From a virus (Duplodnaviria; Caudoviricetes): a stretch of DNA of 40,386 nucleotides. The stretch spans positions 1-40,386 of IMG/VR virus record IMGVR_UViG_3300017909_002763; one strand, written 5' to 3'. The notes under the pieces were generated by a model. The model searched no databases, was not told where the DNA came from, and saw only the letters and a program-made list of their open reading frames with translations. Positions 16,890 to 27,473 of this stretch are shown one piece after another (position 1 is the stretch's first letter; every line of letters begins with the position of its first letter). Made by a program: the position numbers and the translations under genes.

Positions 16890-17151
16890 CGCCGCCCAGC
16901 GCCTGATGTCCGCCATGGAGACGGCCATCAACAACATGATCGAGGAAATCAAGAAGCCTGTAGACCAGGAGATCAACGGGAGTGCCAGGAAGGCAGAGTT
17001 GCAGTCCATCAAGCAGACCGCCCTGGACTGCAAGGAGCTCGTCATTGAAAGACAGAGGCTAGAACAAATGATCAAAGATCTCAACAGTGATGGCGCCATA
17101 TCCCAGGAAAAGGACTATTCTGGTGGTTTCGCAGAAAGATTTTCAAAATGA
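16831..17151 (+). CDS. helical protein, candidate terminase small subunit
   Basis: 106-aa coiled-coil protein ending GGFAERFSK, upstream of TerL; function inferred from position. Confidence 0.5.
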   Translation: MAKKSTGSTQTTSSTFTTIDAAQRLMSAMETAINNMIEEIKKPVDQEINGSARKAELQSIKQTALDCKELVIERQRLEQMIKDLNSDGAISQEKDYSGGFAERFSK

Positions 17152-17465
17152 GTTTTAAGAGTAAGGACTGGGATAAGCTGGCAGAGAAGCTGGCAGAAAA
17201 CGAATGCCTCACTGCTGACGGTTTTGACTTGGCCCTGGTGGGAATCACCACGGGGGCCAACCCTGTCGCGGTGTATGACGTCAACAAGATGGTTCAGGTC
17301 TTGGTTAAGAGTGATGGAATGAGTGAAGAGGATGCCATTGAGCACCTGGAGTTCAATGTAATTGGCGCCTACGTCGGAGAAAAGACGCCGATTTATATCG
17401 ACATGGATTTCATGAGGGCTTGCGCATTCATGCAAGACCCCGTCACTCATAACACAGATGCCTAA
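17148..17465 (+). CDS. phage hypothetical protein
   Basis: ADGFDLALVG...VAVYD...EFNVIGAYVGEKTP; ATGA coupled. Confidence 0.7.
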   Translation: MSFKSKDWDKLAEKLAENECLTADGFDLALVGITTGANPVAVYDVNKMVQVLVKSDGMSEEDAIEHLEFNVIGAYVGEKTPIYIDMDFMRACAFMQDPVTHNTDA

Positions 17466-18753
17466 CATTCGACACCTTCTTCTTCTTCTTTGGATTCCTA
17501 GTCAGAACTACGCCCAGTGCGACTTAGAGCTACTTAACTTCGATCCAGTAGCTGGTGAGATAACCGTAGCGTTCAACAATACCGAGAGTTGTGGCGGATC
17601 TGCGGGCCCGACAGGAATAGCTGAGATTCAGTTTGGGTTTCAGGCCCTTGACTCAAACTGTAGTGCCCTGAACCAGGGATGGGACTTTCCTTGGGGGTTG
17701 AGCATACCTGGTGACAACAATCATCCTGGGTGGATCTACTCCGCCACCACTACAACCCAACCCTCCAACTGGACCAACCTGGACGTATGGGCGGACTATG
17801 ATGTAGACCCCCCGTACTATACGGGGGACACGATTACGTTTCCCCTTGACGATTTCTATCAAGCTGGGGGCACTAGTCTCTTCTCCAACCTACTTAATGC
17901 CTTTGACTTTTGGCTGGATCAAGGCCTGGGTATACAGGCGGTGATTTGGCAGATTAGTTACGGGCCTACTGTATACGCGGCGGATGGTGGTTGGGCAGAG
18001 GTGGGTGCGAATGGTGATGGTACTAGCTATGGTGGAGGGCTGTATGAAGATGAGAACTGGCAGGATAACTGGATTATCATGTGTCCAGACGATGTTCCCG
18101 AGGTGATTTATGTGTACGACACCGTGTACGTGGAACTACCACCTGACACCATCATCGAGTACGTCTACGACACTACGTACATAGATCTCCCACCTGACAC
18201 CATCTACGTTCTACAGGTCGATACGGTGGTGGAGTACGATACGATTCCTGTCCCCATCAACTGGTACTTCTACGACACAACGTACATCTACGTCACCGAC
18301 ACTCTGTACCTGACGGAGTTAGATACCGTCTACCTCACCCAGTACGATACTTCGTATGTTACTTTAATTGACACCCTGTATTTAATTGATTATCAAGTAG
18401 ATACGGTTTATACCTACGAGTACGACACAATTGAAATAGATTGTGAAAATGGGGTTCCGTGCGTAGATGTGATTACGGGTTGTGATCTCTACATACCCAA
18501 CTCATTCACCCCAGATAACGATGGCATCAATGACGTGTGGGGTGCCGAGACAGACCCAGACTGTTGGGGTATGTGGAACTTACGGGTGTTCAATAGAATT
18601 GGAGATGTCATTTGGCAGTCGAACTATCCAGGTGATGTTTGGCTTGGAGGGTATGAGTACTATGTTCCCTCCGATGTCTACGTCTACAGACTGGAGTGCT
18701 CAACAGGGTCTGACGCTTACATCATAAATGGTCACGTAACTGTAGTCAGATGA
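17458..18753 (+). CDS. secreted protein with T9SS type-B (gliding-motility-associated, CHU_C) C-terminal domain
   Basis: Signal-peptide-like N-term ending AQ; DT-x-Y repeat stalk; LYIPNSFTPDNDGINDVW...VFNRIG...YVYRL...GHVTVVR. Confidence 0.85.
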   Translation: MPNIRHLLLLLWIPSQNYAQCDLELLNFDPVAGEITVAFNNTESCGGSAGPTGIAEIQFGFQALDSNCSALNQGWDFPWGLSIPGDNNHPGWIYSATTTTQPSNWTNLDVWADYDVDPPYYTGDTITFPLDDFYQAGGTSLFSNLLNAFDFWLDQGLGIQAVIWQISYGPTVYAADGGWAEVGANGDGTSYGGGLYEDENWQDNWIIMCPDDVPEVIYVYDTVYVELPPDTIIEYVYDTTYIDLPPDTIYVLQVDTVVEYDTIPVPINWYFYDTTYIYVTDTLYLTELDTVYLTQYDTSYVTLIDTLYLIDYQVDTVYTYEYDTIEIDCENGVPCVDVITGCDLYIPNSFTPDNDGINDVWGAETDPDCWGMWNLRVFNRIGDVIWQSNYPGDVWLGGYEYYVPSDVYVYRLECSTGSDAYIINGHVTVVR

Positions 18754-19490
18754 GAAGCATTTGTTTCTTCATGGTCTATCATGACAGACCAGCCCTCACT
18801 AAGATGTCGATCGATGACATGGCGGGGGCCATGCAATACTTTCGCAACGAGGGTCACGAGGTGCGCGGAATTGTGATTGGCGACTCATACAACGTCGCCA
18901 GACACTGTGAGCTGTATGGGATCAGGCATGAGATGTTTGAGAATCACCCTGTTTCAAATAAGTTCTCCTATGCGTGGATGAGGGCGGTCCAGCAGAACTA
19001 CGAGTACATCGCGTGGTGGGGCAGTAACAACGTACATGGTGCTGGTTACCTGGCGGAGTGCAATGAGGTTTTGAATGGTAACAAGGTCGCCACCTTTGGA
19101 ACCCGCAACTGCGTCATTATGAGTTCCGACCCAAAGCAGTATGAGACATGTGTGTTTGTACCACAGGAGGGGTACCTGATTAGTAGTGGTCAGTTCTTCC
19201 TGACGCACGCAATCAAGAACTCCGTGAACGTACTAACGGTTTACGATCGGGACCAGACGTTTAATTTCGACGGCAAGATCCTTGACTGCATGACCAGGAA
19301 GTGGGGGCAAGAGATTGTAAGGGTTGTCACTCATGATGAGGAGGACTGTATCGACGTCAAGAACAACGTCAACATCCACAGTTACCAGTCGTACATGGAT
19401 GTAAAGAGATACAAGCGATACACGTCCAGTCACGAGATTTCACTTAGGCACCCGAGTTTAGAGTGTTATTTTACTGGACAGTTTGACTGA
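18750..19490 (+). CDS. glycosyltransferase-like (GT-A fold) protein
   Basis: N-term beta strand plus YHDRP, NHPVSNKF, WWGSNN in the DxD position, IDVK near the C-term. Confidence 0.5.
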   Translation: MRSICFFMVYHDRPALTKMSIDDMAGAMQYFRNEGHEVRGIVIGDSYNVARHCELYGIRHEMFENHPVSNKFSYAWMRAVQQNYEYIAWWGSNNVHGAGYLAECNEVLNGNKVATFGTRNCVIMSSDPKQYETCVFVPQEGYLISSGQFFLTHAIKNSVNVLTVYDRDQTFNFDGKILDCMTRKWGQEIVRVVTHDEEDCIDVKNNVNIHSYQSYMDVKRYKRYTSSHEISLRHPSLECYFTGQFD

Positions 19491-21607
19491 TGCTTGTAGA
19501 TCTAGAGGAATATGAAGAGAAGGGGGTTGTCATTTGTCCCAACGGTACGGTTGGTGACCACGTCGAGCTCGGTGGGATTCTCGTTGTGCTTCCCAAGAAG
19601 CCAACGAAGAAGCACATCCTCTACTCCGATCTACCCAAGCAGGATCAATTTTGGCGGCGCGCTGATATACCCAAAGAGCTATCGCGTATTCGTTCTATGG
19701 ATGAGTGGGCGGAGATGCCAAAGGAGTTCTGAGAGAAGTTTCGTCCATACATCGAGGAGGAGTTTCGGCGTAGGCGTGAGGGTGTTTGGTTTTATAACCG
19801 AGGTGTGGCTACATACATCACGGGTCGTCACTACATGATGTTGCAGTGGACCGACCTTGATGTTGGTGCACCGTACTACCTTAATTTTCAGAGAGATATT
19901 TTTTTACATTTGGCGGCGTGTGAGGCGGACCCTAGATGCATTGGCCAACTGTATACTAAATGTCGTAGATCTGGATACACAAACATCTGTGCCTCCGTCC
20001 TGGTTGACGAGGCGACGCAGGTGAAGGACAAGCTCCTCGGGATTCAAAGCAAGACGGGTAAGGACGCTCAGGAAAACATCTTCATGAAGAAGGTGGTCCA
20101 GATGTTTCGCAAGTACCCATTCTTTTTCAAGCCCATCCAGGATGGTACAACCAACCCTAGGATGGAGCTCGCCTTCCGTGAACCATCAAAAAAGATCACA
20201 AAGAAGAACAAGACCTCTGTATCTGGTGACGCCCTGAACACGGTGATCAACTGGAAGAACACCACCAACAACGCATACGACGGTGAGAAGCTCCACATCT
20301 TGTACTTAGACGAGGCGGGAAAATGGGAAAAACCTACAGACATAAGGGAGGCATGGCGCGTTCAGAGGACGTGTTTGATCGTAGGAAGAAAAATCGTGGG
20401 GAAGGCGATGGTCGGAAGCACCGTCAATCCCATGGACAAAGGAGGAAAAGAGTACAAGGACCTTTGGGCGGACTCGAATCCTGGGGAGAGGAACAAGAAT
20501 GGTAGGACCAAGACTGGCCTGTATCGACTCTTCATTCCTGCATACGACGCCCTGGAGGGATTCTTCGATCAGTATGGAAACCCCGTAGTCCAGAGCCCTG
20601 AGAAGGACGTCATGGGGATTGACGGGGAGTATATCCACATGGGGGCCAAGGACTTTCTGAAGAACGAGAGGGACAGTATGAAGGGCAATGCGTCGGAGCT
20701 CAACGAGATTATCCGACAGTTTCCATTCACTGAGGACGAGGCTTTTCGAGACAGCATCCAGGGCAGTCTATTCAATGTGGGGAAGATCTACGAGCAGATT
20801 CAGCACAACGACGACCTATTCCCCAACCCCGTCATTCAGGGGAACTTCGTGTGGCAGGATGGGAAGAAAGACACCTCGGTGATCTTTCGACCAGACTCCA
20901 ATGGACGGTTTCGTGTGGCCTGGTTGGCACCTGAAGAAATCAGGAACCAGAGAAAAGAGGAGAATGGGAAGCTCGTTCCGCCCAACTCTCTGATCGGAGT
21001 TGGCGGCGTTGACTCGTACGACTTGGACGCTACGGTAGACAACAGGGGGTCTAAAGGTGCGTTGCACTTGTACAACAAGTTCAACATGGGGTACCCCTCA
21101 AATCATTTCGTGGTTGAGTATGCCGCCCGACCTCCGTTGGCCAGCATCTTTTATGAAGACGTCTTGATGGCGGCATTCTTCTATGGGTATCCAATCCTAA
21201 TTGAGAACAACAAGTATGGTATCGCCAGGTACTTTGAGTCCAGGGGGTACGATGGGTACCTGATGGATCGTCCTGGTCACCTTGGGCCGAAGGCCATGAA
21301 CATGTCCAGTAAGACAAAGGGAATACCCTCTAACTCTCAGGATGTTATCCAAGCCCACGCCCACTCAGTTGAGGCCTACATTCACGAGCACGTCGGGCTT
21401 AATAGGGAGACGGGAGAGATGGGGAGTATGTACTTCAATAGAACCTTGGAGGACTGGATTGGATTTAAGATCGACAATAGAACAAAGTTTGACTTGACGA
21501 TTAGTTCTGGTCTTTGTCTCCTTGCGGCTCAGAAAGTAGAGAAGAAGGTTGTGAAGTCAGACTTCACAGATAAGGTCTTCTTCAGGCGATATAAGCCCAT
21601 TGGCTGA
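19490..21607 (+). CDS. terL: terminase large subunit with one in-frame TGA at 19730-19732
   Basis: ORFs 19490..19732 and 19805..21607 are in frame and bridged by EKFRPYIEEEFRRRREGVWFYNRG. Walker A-like KCRRSGYT, Walker B LYLDEAGKW, GST coupling motif, nuclease GGVDSYD and IENN. Confidence 0.9.
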
Positions 21608-21612
21608 TTTAA

Positions 21613-21620
21613 TATATTTG
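21613..21620 (+). promoter_or_regulatory. -7 promoter element TATATTTG
   Basis: Exact consensus in the TerL-portal gap. Confidence 0.7.
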
Positions 21621-21637
21621 CAATACTAATTACCGTA

Positions 21638-24046
21638 GTGCAAATGAATGGAGGCAATAAGTCTGTGAAGTCGGGGTTCCCAGACCCCATGGCCTCTAGA
21701 GAGGAAAGGCAGAGCCAGGACTATGGCCTCAGATATGCCAAGGCCATCGAAACTCAGTGGGGCAAAGTTAATGAAAAGACTTCTGTCTACGGTAAGCGTA
21801 ATGAGATCTTCGAGCGAAACAGGGACTACGCAAACGGAACCCAAGACACCAGCATCTATAAGAAGCTACTTAGAACCCTTGACCCGAATAGTGCTGACGG
21901 TTCTTTGTTGAACCTGGACTTCACTACGGTCCCCGTCCTCCCGAAGTTTGTTAGGATCGTCGTAAACAAGATCATCAACAACAAGCTCTACCCAAACCTT
22001 GAGGCTGTTGACCCCGTCTCAATGACGAATCGGGACAACAAGAAGAAGCGCCTGATGAACCAGGTTGCCATGAAAAATGAGCTCATGGCACTCAAGCAGG
22101 AGACGGGGGGTCTTGTCCTGGACATGGACCCAGAGGAACTCCCCGACACGACGGAGGAGGCGGAGATCTTGTTCGACACGACAGAGAAGAACGCCGCTGA
22201 GATTTCAGCCCAGGTGTCTACGTCAATGACGCTGGAGTGGAACGACTTTCACGATAGCGTTTACTCCCGATGCGTCAACGACCTGGCGGCCTGTGGCATG
22301 GCAGTGGTCAAGCGGAGCAACGACCCTAACTATGGGATCAAGCTCAACTACGTCGACCCCAGCATGTTTGTTCATAGCTACACGGATGATCCGTTCATGA
22401 ACGACCTGACTTATGCGGGGCACATCCGTAGCATTTCGATTAGTGAGCTTCGACGCCTGGCGGGTGACGAGATCAGTGATGATGATCTGGACAAGATCAT
22501 GAAGACCGCAACTCACCGAGATCCCAAGGAGCGTCACAACTACTACCATCAAAAGATTCGTAACGACGAGTACGACGAGTACATGGTTCAGGTCATGGAC
22601 TTCGAGTTCAAGGCAGTGGAGACGATGTTCTTCCAGGAGCGTGACAATCGTCACGGTAATACTGGGTTCTACTTTGAGGGGTTCAACAACGTCCCCAAGG
22701 CGGGGAGTGTTTTTGAGCGCAGGTCTCACTCCATGCAGATAGAGACTGTGTATGGCGGCACCTACATCATTGGTGCCGAACGACTCTTTGGGTATGGCGT
22801 GAAGTCTAACATCCCCAAGAACATTCACGATCTTTCTAAGGCGGAGCTTTCTTACTCCGCCGTCTGTACGAACATGCGGCGGAACATGCCGAAGTCCATG
22901 GTGGACGGGTGCATCGGTTACGCCGACATGCTTCAGATCACTCACCTCAAGATCCAACAGGCGATTGCCAAGGCCAAGCCCGACGGCCTGGTCATTGACA
23001 TCGAGGGCCTTGAGAACGTGCAACTGGGCAAGGCGGGTGAGCTTCAGCCTCTGGACCTGCATGACATCTACGAGCAGACGGGTGTATTCTACTATCGCAG
23101 TAAGAACCCCGAGGGCGGATTCCAGAACCCTCCTGTTCGTGAGATCGGAAATAGCATTCGGAATATCAATGAGTTGATTGCCCTGTACAATCACTACCTC
23201 AGGATGATCCGCGACACGACAGGCATCAACGAGGTCGTCGACGCCAGTTCTCCAAAGACGGATGCGTTGGTCGGTGTACAACAACAGGCCATTCAGGCCT
23301 CGAACAACGCCACCTTCGACATCACGAACTCAGCCCTGGTCTTGTTCAAGAAGGTATGCTCCGACGTCGTCAAGTCGATTCAAATCTTGCCCCCTGAGTC
23401 TGTCATCTACCAGTCGTACATGTCTGCGATCGGGGAGTCCAACATGGAGGTTGCCGCGTCCTTTGCTGAACTTCCTATGCACAACTTCGGGGTCGTCATC
23501 CAGAAGGACATGGAGGAGAAGGAGCGAGTTTACCTGGAGCAAAACATTCAGATGGCGCTGTCTCAAAAAGAACTGGACATCGAGGACGCCATCGCAATCC
23601 GAAACCTGAAGGACATCAATCAGGCCGAGCGCCTCCTGGTTATTAGGAGAAAGCGTAGGACGGAGAAGAATCAGCAGATGATCCTCCAGCAACAGCAACA
23701 ACAGGCGCAGTTGCAACAACAGCAACTCCAGCTTCAAGCTCAGGTAAAGCAACAAGAAGCGCAACTAGAATCCCAACTAGAGGCGCAAAGAATTCAGATG
23801 CAGTCTCAGGCTGACATCGCCGTCGCTCAGGCCAGGCATGAGATGCAAAAAGAACTTGAGGTCCTGAAGTCCCAGGTCACTGGCATGAGCAAGCAGGGGG
23901 ACCAAGTGTTTAGGTCTCAGCTTGAAAACTTCAAAGAAAACAGAAAGGACGAACGGGTTAAGAAACAGGCTGAGGAGCAAAGCAAGCTCATTGCACAGCG
24001 TAAGGGAACTAGCCCAGGATTCACCATGCTCAACGATTTGATCTAA
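21638..24046 (+). CDS. portal protein (crAss-like)
   Basis: 802 aa directly after TerL; RDYANGTQ...PVLPKFVRIVVN...IRDTTGINE; Q-rich coiled-coil barrel. Start could be the ATG at 21644. Confidence 0.85.
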   Translation: MQMNGGNKSVKSGFPDPMASREERQSQDYGLRYAKAIETQWGKVNEKTSVYGKRNEIFERNRDYANGTQDTSIYKKLLRTLDPNSADGSLLNLDFTTVPVLPKFVRIVVNKIINNKLYPNLEAVDPVSMTNRDNKKKRLMNQVAMKNELMALKQETGGLVLDMDPEELPDTTEEAEILFDTTEKNAAEISAQVSTSMTLEWNDFHDSVYSRCVNDLAACGMAVVKRSNDPNYGIKLNYVDPSMFVHSYTDDPFMNDLTYAGHIRSISISELRRLAGDEISDDDLDKIMKTATHRDPKERHNYYHQKIRNDEYDEYMVQVMDFEFKAVETMFFQERDNRHGNTGFYFEGFNNVPKAGSVFERRSHSMQIETVYGGTYIIGAERLFGYGVKSNIPKNIHDLSKAELSYSAVCTNMRRNMPKSMVDGCIGYADMLQITHLKIQQAIAKAKPDGLVIDIEGLENVQLGKAGELQPLDLHDIYEQTGVFYYRSKNPEGGFQNPPVREIGNSIRNINELIALYNHYLRMIRDTTGINEVVDASSPKTDALVGVQQQAIQASNNATFDITNSALVLFKKVCSDVVKSIQILPPESVIYQSYMSAIGESNMEVAASFAELPMHNFGVVIQKDMEEKERVYLEQNIQMALSQKELDIEDAIAIRNLKDINQAERLLVIRRKRRTEKNQQMILQQQQQQAQLQQQQLQLQAQVKQQEAQLESQLEAQRIQMQSQADIAVAQARHEMQKELEVLKSQVTGMSKQGDQVFRSQLENFKENRKDERVKKQAEEQSKLIAQRKGTSPGFTMLNDLI

Positions 24047-24474
24047 TGGCGAGAGTAAATTTAGATACCACAGAAGTTCTGGACATTACATGTCGTCAGG
24101 GAGACACGTTTGAATTGACCATTACGCTGAAAGATTCGAGTGGTAATGGCCTCAACCTTGTTACCGATAATTACTCATTCATTGCACAGGTGCGAGGCGC
24201 GTCCTCGACGGGTAGGTCCAGGACATCACGAACCCCTAGAGAGTCAGGATTGATTATCGGTAGCAGTGAGTTAGGTGAAAAGGGAGGGGTAAACTTCCAG
24301 TTCAACAATAAGGACGACAATGGCAACGTCACCCTCTTTGTTAGTGCCGCCGACATGAGGCAGGTACCTGCTGGCAGGTACAGGTATGACCTCCAGTATG
24401 TCACAGGCGAGACACACAAGACTCTCCTAAAGGGTGCGTTTGTGGTAAACTCTGACATTTCCAAAGTTCAGTAA
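24046..24474 (+). CDS. fibre adaptor / BppU-like Ig-fold protein
   Basis: LDITCRQGDTF...YRYDLQY...LLKGAFVVN. Confidence 0.65.
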   Translation: MARVNLDTTEVLDITCRQGDTFELTITLKDSSGNGLNLVTDNYSFIAQVRGASSTGRSRTSRTPRESGLIIGSSELGEKGGVNFQFNNKDDNGNVTLFVSAADMRQVPAGRYRYDLQYVTGETHKTLLKGAFVVNSDISKVQ

Positions 24475-26135
24475 TGTCTACAGAAGTTACAGTAACAGGC
24501 GGCACGGATGTCACGGTTACAGTGCCCGATTCAGGTTCGGTGTCTGTCGTCAACACGGCCCTTACAGGCCCAACGGGCCCAACGGGCCCCACGGGCCCTA
24601 CTGGCCCGACTGGTCCAGGTGTACCTGCTGGGGGAGCGGAACGAGCCTTGCTTATCAAGTCCAGTACTACCGACTATGATACGGAGTGGCAGGTACAGAG
24701 CAAGTATCATGGTGTCTTCCTAGACGGCAATGGCACTGGTGAGCTTGTCGGAAGCGGTACCCTCTCCGTCAAACAGTATGATCTCGTGGCCAACACTACT
24801 GCGGCTCATGGAGGTATCTATATGGCCAACGCAGACGTGACCTTCACGCTACAAGGTGATGAAATCAATGCCACTCTGGAGTGGAATGTATACGTGGGTA
24901 GTTTTGTACAAATCGCTCCCTACGCGCAGATGTCTTTGAATGATCTTGAGAGCAGTTCTGCAACTGATGCGTTCACTGACGTGCTCCAGCAGTTCAACAT
25001 TACTGCCACACAGATCCTGTCCTTGACTGGCTCGTTGGTGTTCTTAATGTCTGGGAACATCACACACACAGGTAACTTGACGTCGAGTGGCACGGCAACC
25101 CTGAAGGGACTGACGTATCCTATTGCTGACGGCAACAGTGGCGATATGATTGTTACTGACGGCAGTGGCACTCTCTCTTTTTCTAGCCCAGACTCAGGCC
25201 CTACAGGCCCTACAGGCCCGACGGGGCCAACTGGAGCCGCGGGTTCGGACGGTGCGGCAGGTGCGGCAGGTGCGGCAGGAGCCGACGGCGTTATAGGCGG
25301 AATACAATACCTCTATCAGGGGACTTCTACGGGTATTGAAAGTGCGAGTGGAAAGCTCTTCTACGACACTAGTGCAAACACCATGCACATCAGCCTCAGA
25401 GATAATGACGGCAACGATGTGTCCCCATGGATCCTTTCCTGGGATGATGATGATGCGGGCACCGTCACAATACAATCAGAGGACGGTACGCAACTGGTCA
25501 TTGCTCATGTGACGGGGTCCATCACTACGACTGCGGGCACGCCAGGTGCCCACGTGGTTTCATTTAGTACTCCGCTTGTAGAAGACTGGTCGCCGTCTCA
25601 AGGCGACACCATTGTTGTCAATTTCTCTAAGACTGGGAGTGGGGTAACAGGCCCGACAGGCCCGACGGGCCCGACAGGACCTACAGGACCTACAGGCCCA
25701 ACTGGGGCTGTGGGTGACCAGTTTGAAATCGATGTCACCAGTACGACGGATGGAGATGCTCAAGGCATTATCGTCAAGTTTGGTGGCGGAACTAGTTTGT
25801 CGGCGGGTGATCTAGTTTATTATGGCCTTGGCGGTGTAGACGTTTGGTCTAAAGCGGGATCGGGCGCTGTTGGTGACTCGGGTGATGTTTTGCTTGGTGT
25901 CATGCTTGGGAGTAGCCCAACAACGGACGGCGTTATTCTTTATGGTACGGTCACCGTCAGTGGAGATCCTGGCGCGAGAGGAGATGTATTGTATGTGGGT
26001 TCTACTAGCGGCACTGTGACGAATGACGTGTCATCGTATGGCACTGGCGACGTTGTAAGAGTAGTGGGGTACGTATTGGACAGCGCCAATGGCCAGATCA
26101 TGTTCGCCCCCTCTAGTGATTGGATCTTGTTGTAA
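24474..26135 (+). CDS. collagen-repeat tail or capsid fibre protein
   Basis: Three GPT/GAA Gly-X-Y runs; C-term GDVVRVVGY...F.PS.DWI.L. Confidence 0.8.
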   Translation: MSTEVTVTGGTDVTVTVPDSGSVSVVNTALTGPTGPTGPTGPTGPTGPGVPAGGAERALLIKSSTTDYDTEWQVQSKYHGVFLDGNGTGELVGSGTLSVKQYDLVANTTAAHGGIYMANADVTFTLQGDEINATLEWNVYVGSFVQIAPYAQMSLNDLESSSATDAFTDVLQQFNITATQILSLTGSLVFLMSGNITHTGNLTSSGTATLKGLTYPIADGNSGDMIVTDGSGTLSFSSPDSGPTGPTGPTGPTGAAGSDGAAGAAGAAGADGVIGGIQYLYQGTSTGIESASGKLFYDTSANTMHISLRDNDGNDVSPWILSWDDDDAGTVTIQSEDGTQLVIAHVTGSITTTAGTPGAHVVSFSTPLVEDWSPSQGDTIVVNFSKTGSGVTGPTGPTGPTGPTGPTGPTGAVGDQFEIDVTSTTDGDAQGIIVKFGGGTSLSAGDLVYYGLGGVDVWSKAGSGAVGDSGDVLLGVMLGSSPTTDGVILYGTVTVSGDPGARGDVLYVGSTSGTVTNDVSSYGTGDVVRVVGYVLDSANGQIMFAPSSDWILL

Positions 26136-26149
26136 TACGATGATTAAGC

Positions 26150-27472
26150 ATGGCTGTATCAGAAAAAAATGGCATTGATATGGGAACGATTTCAGAGATA
26201 AACGGACAGACTGTTTCTTCTGGCGGCGCCTATGACCCCGTTGCTGGCACTGGAACGTACACCGAGACAGTCCCTACTTCAGGGTTCATTAAGATCGGCG
26301 GATTACGTCGGAGTTCTTCTGATACGACTACTACGGACACCTCCGAATCCTATCCTAGGTATTCCTACGGTGCCCAACCTGTTGTTAATCTTTCCAGCGA
26401 CGTAGACGGAAAATATATGCGTGTCGCGGAGGGAAAGTCAGACTTTACCAAGATTACTCTAGGCAGGTTCAGTGCCTTTGGTATTACCAGCAGTGGTCAG
26501 TTGTGGGAGATGGGGTCCAGCTCTAGTTATCAGGAGGGAAACAATCCAACGAACTTCGGTCAAGTCACTGGTGTGGGAGACTCGGATACGGGCTGGACTG
26601 ATGTCAGCTCTTCGTATGACGGCGTTCTAGCAATTAATAGCGGCAAGATGTACTACATCGGTGGCAACAGTTATGGGCAGGCTGGCACGGGAAACCAGAC
26701 ATCCAGCTTTGGGTCGTTTACTCAGGTAGGGTCTGACTCCGATTGGCAGAATGTCAAGAGGGGTAGGTTTCATTCTTTTGCGACCAAGACCAGTAGTAAC
26801 GTGCTATACAGCGCGGGTAGGAACGCCAACTTCAGGACTGGGCAAAATACCAGCAGTGGGAATACGACTTCATGGACTGCAATTGACGACACCAACTTCA
26901 CCAACTCAGGCGTAACAGACTTTGGTATTAATCAGGATGGAGGATACTTGATTGTTGGCGGTGAGGTTTACGTCTGGGGAGATGAGGACAGTAACGAAAG
27001 GTTTGGCCTGAACAGTAGCTCAGACGTACAGATCCCGACTCAAACTGGAAAGGTCAGTGGGACCTTTCAAACAGACTGGGTGACTGGCGCCCTCACCAAC
27101 AACAGTATGCACCTCATCAATACTAGTGGGGAGCTTTATCATACAGGTGAGGGGTCGGGGCGAAGAGGTGACGGAACATCCACAGACGCAAAGGCGGGCA
27201 ACTTCGTTCAGATAGGGACTGACACAGACTGGCAGGAAGTGTACACAGATCCAACGGGAACCGCAAGCACAGACTATGGCTTGTCGGCGTTGAAAGGCAA
27301 TAAGGTTTATTACTGGGGGTACAATCAGTATGGTGCGGTCATTGATGGGACGCTGTCAAACAACTTTACCGCAACAGTTGTAATTGACCAGACCCTCGCC
27401 GCTGGCAATGTCTGGACCCCATTCCTTAATGCAGGAAGTTCCACTAGGTACGCTATCGCCGCAATCTATTGA
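26150..27472 (+). CDS. RCC1-like beta-propeller protein, putative receptor-binding
   Basis: Repeats GGNSYGQAGTG, GRNANFRTG, WGYNQYG and QVGSDSDW/QIGTDTDW. Confidence 0.75.
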   Translation: MAVSEKNGIDMGTISEINGQTVSSGGAYDPVAGTGTYTETVPTSGFIKIGGLRRSSSDTTTTDTSESYPRYSYGAQPVVNLSSDVDGKYMRVAEGKSDFTKITLGRFSAFGITSSGQLWEMGSSSSYQEGNNPTNFGQVTGVGDSDTGWTDVSSSYDGVLAINSGKMYYIGGNSYGQAGTGNQTSSFGSFTQVGSDSDWQNVKRGRFHSFATKTSSNVLYSAGRNANFRTGQNTSSGNTTSWTAIDDTNFTNSGVTDFGINQDGGYLIVGGEVYVWGDEDSNERFGLNSSSDVQIPTQTGKVSGTFQTDWVTGALTNNSMHLINTSGELYHTGEGSGRRGDGTSTDAKAGNFVQIGTDTDWQEVYTDPTGTASTDYGLSALKGNKVYYWGYNQYGAVIDGTLSNNFTATVVIDQTLAAGNVWTPFLNAGSSTRYAIAAIY

Positions 27473-27473
27473 C

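Noticed and set aside
19733-19804. Intron, intein or frameshift in TerL
   Set aside because: The gap is 72 nt, in frame and encodes TerL-like residues, so no intervening element is needed.
22223-23284. 353-aa antisense ORF (also 31952..32773, 35102..35755, 6456..7157 and similar)
   Set aside because: Shadow ORFs opposite well-supported genes, explained by codon bias; no protein-like motifs.
23686-23780. CAG/CAA-rich poly-Q stretch
   Set aside because: Ordinary coiled-coil barrel of the portal protein.
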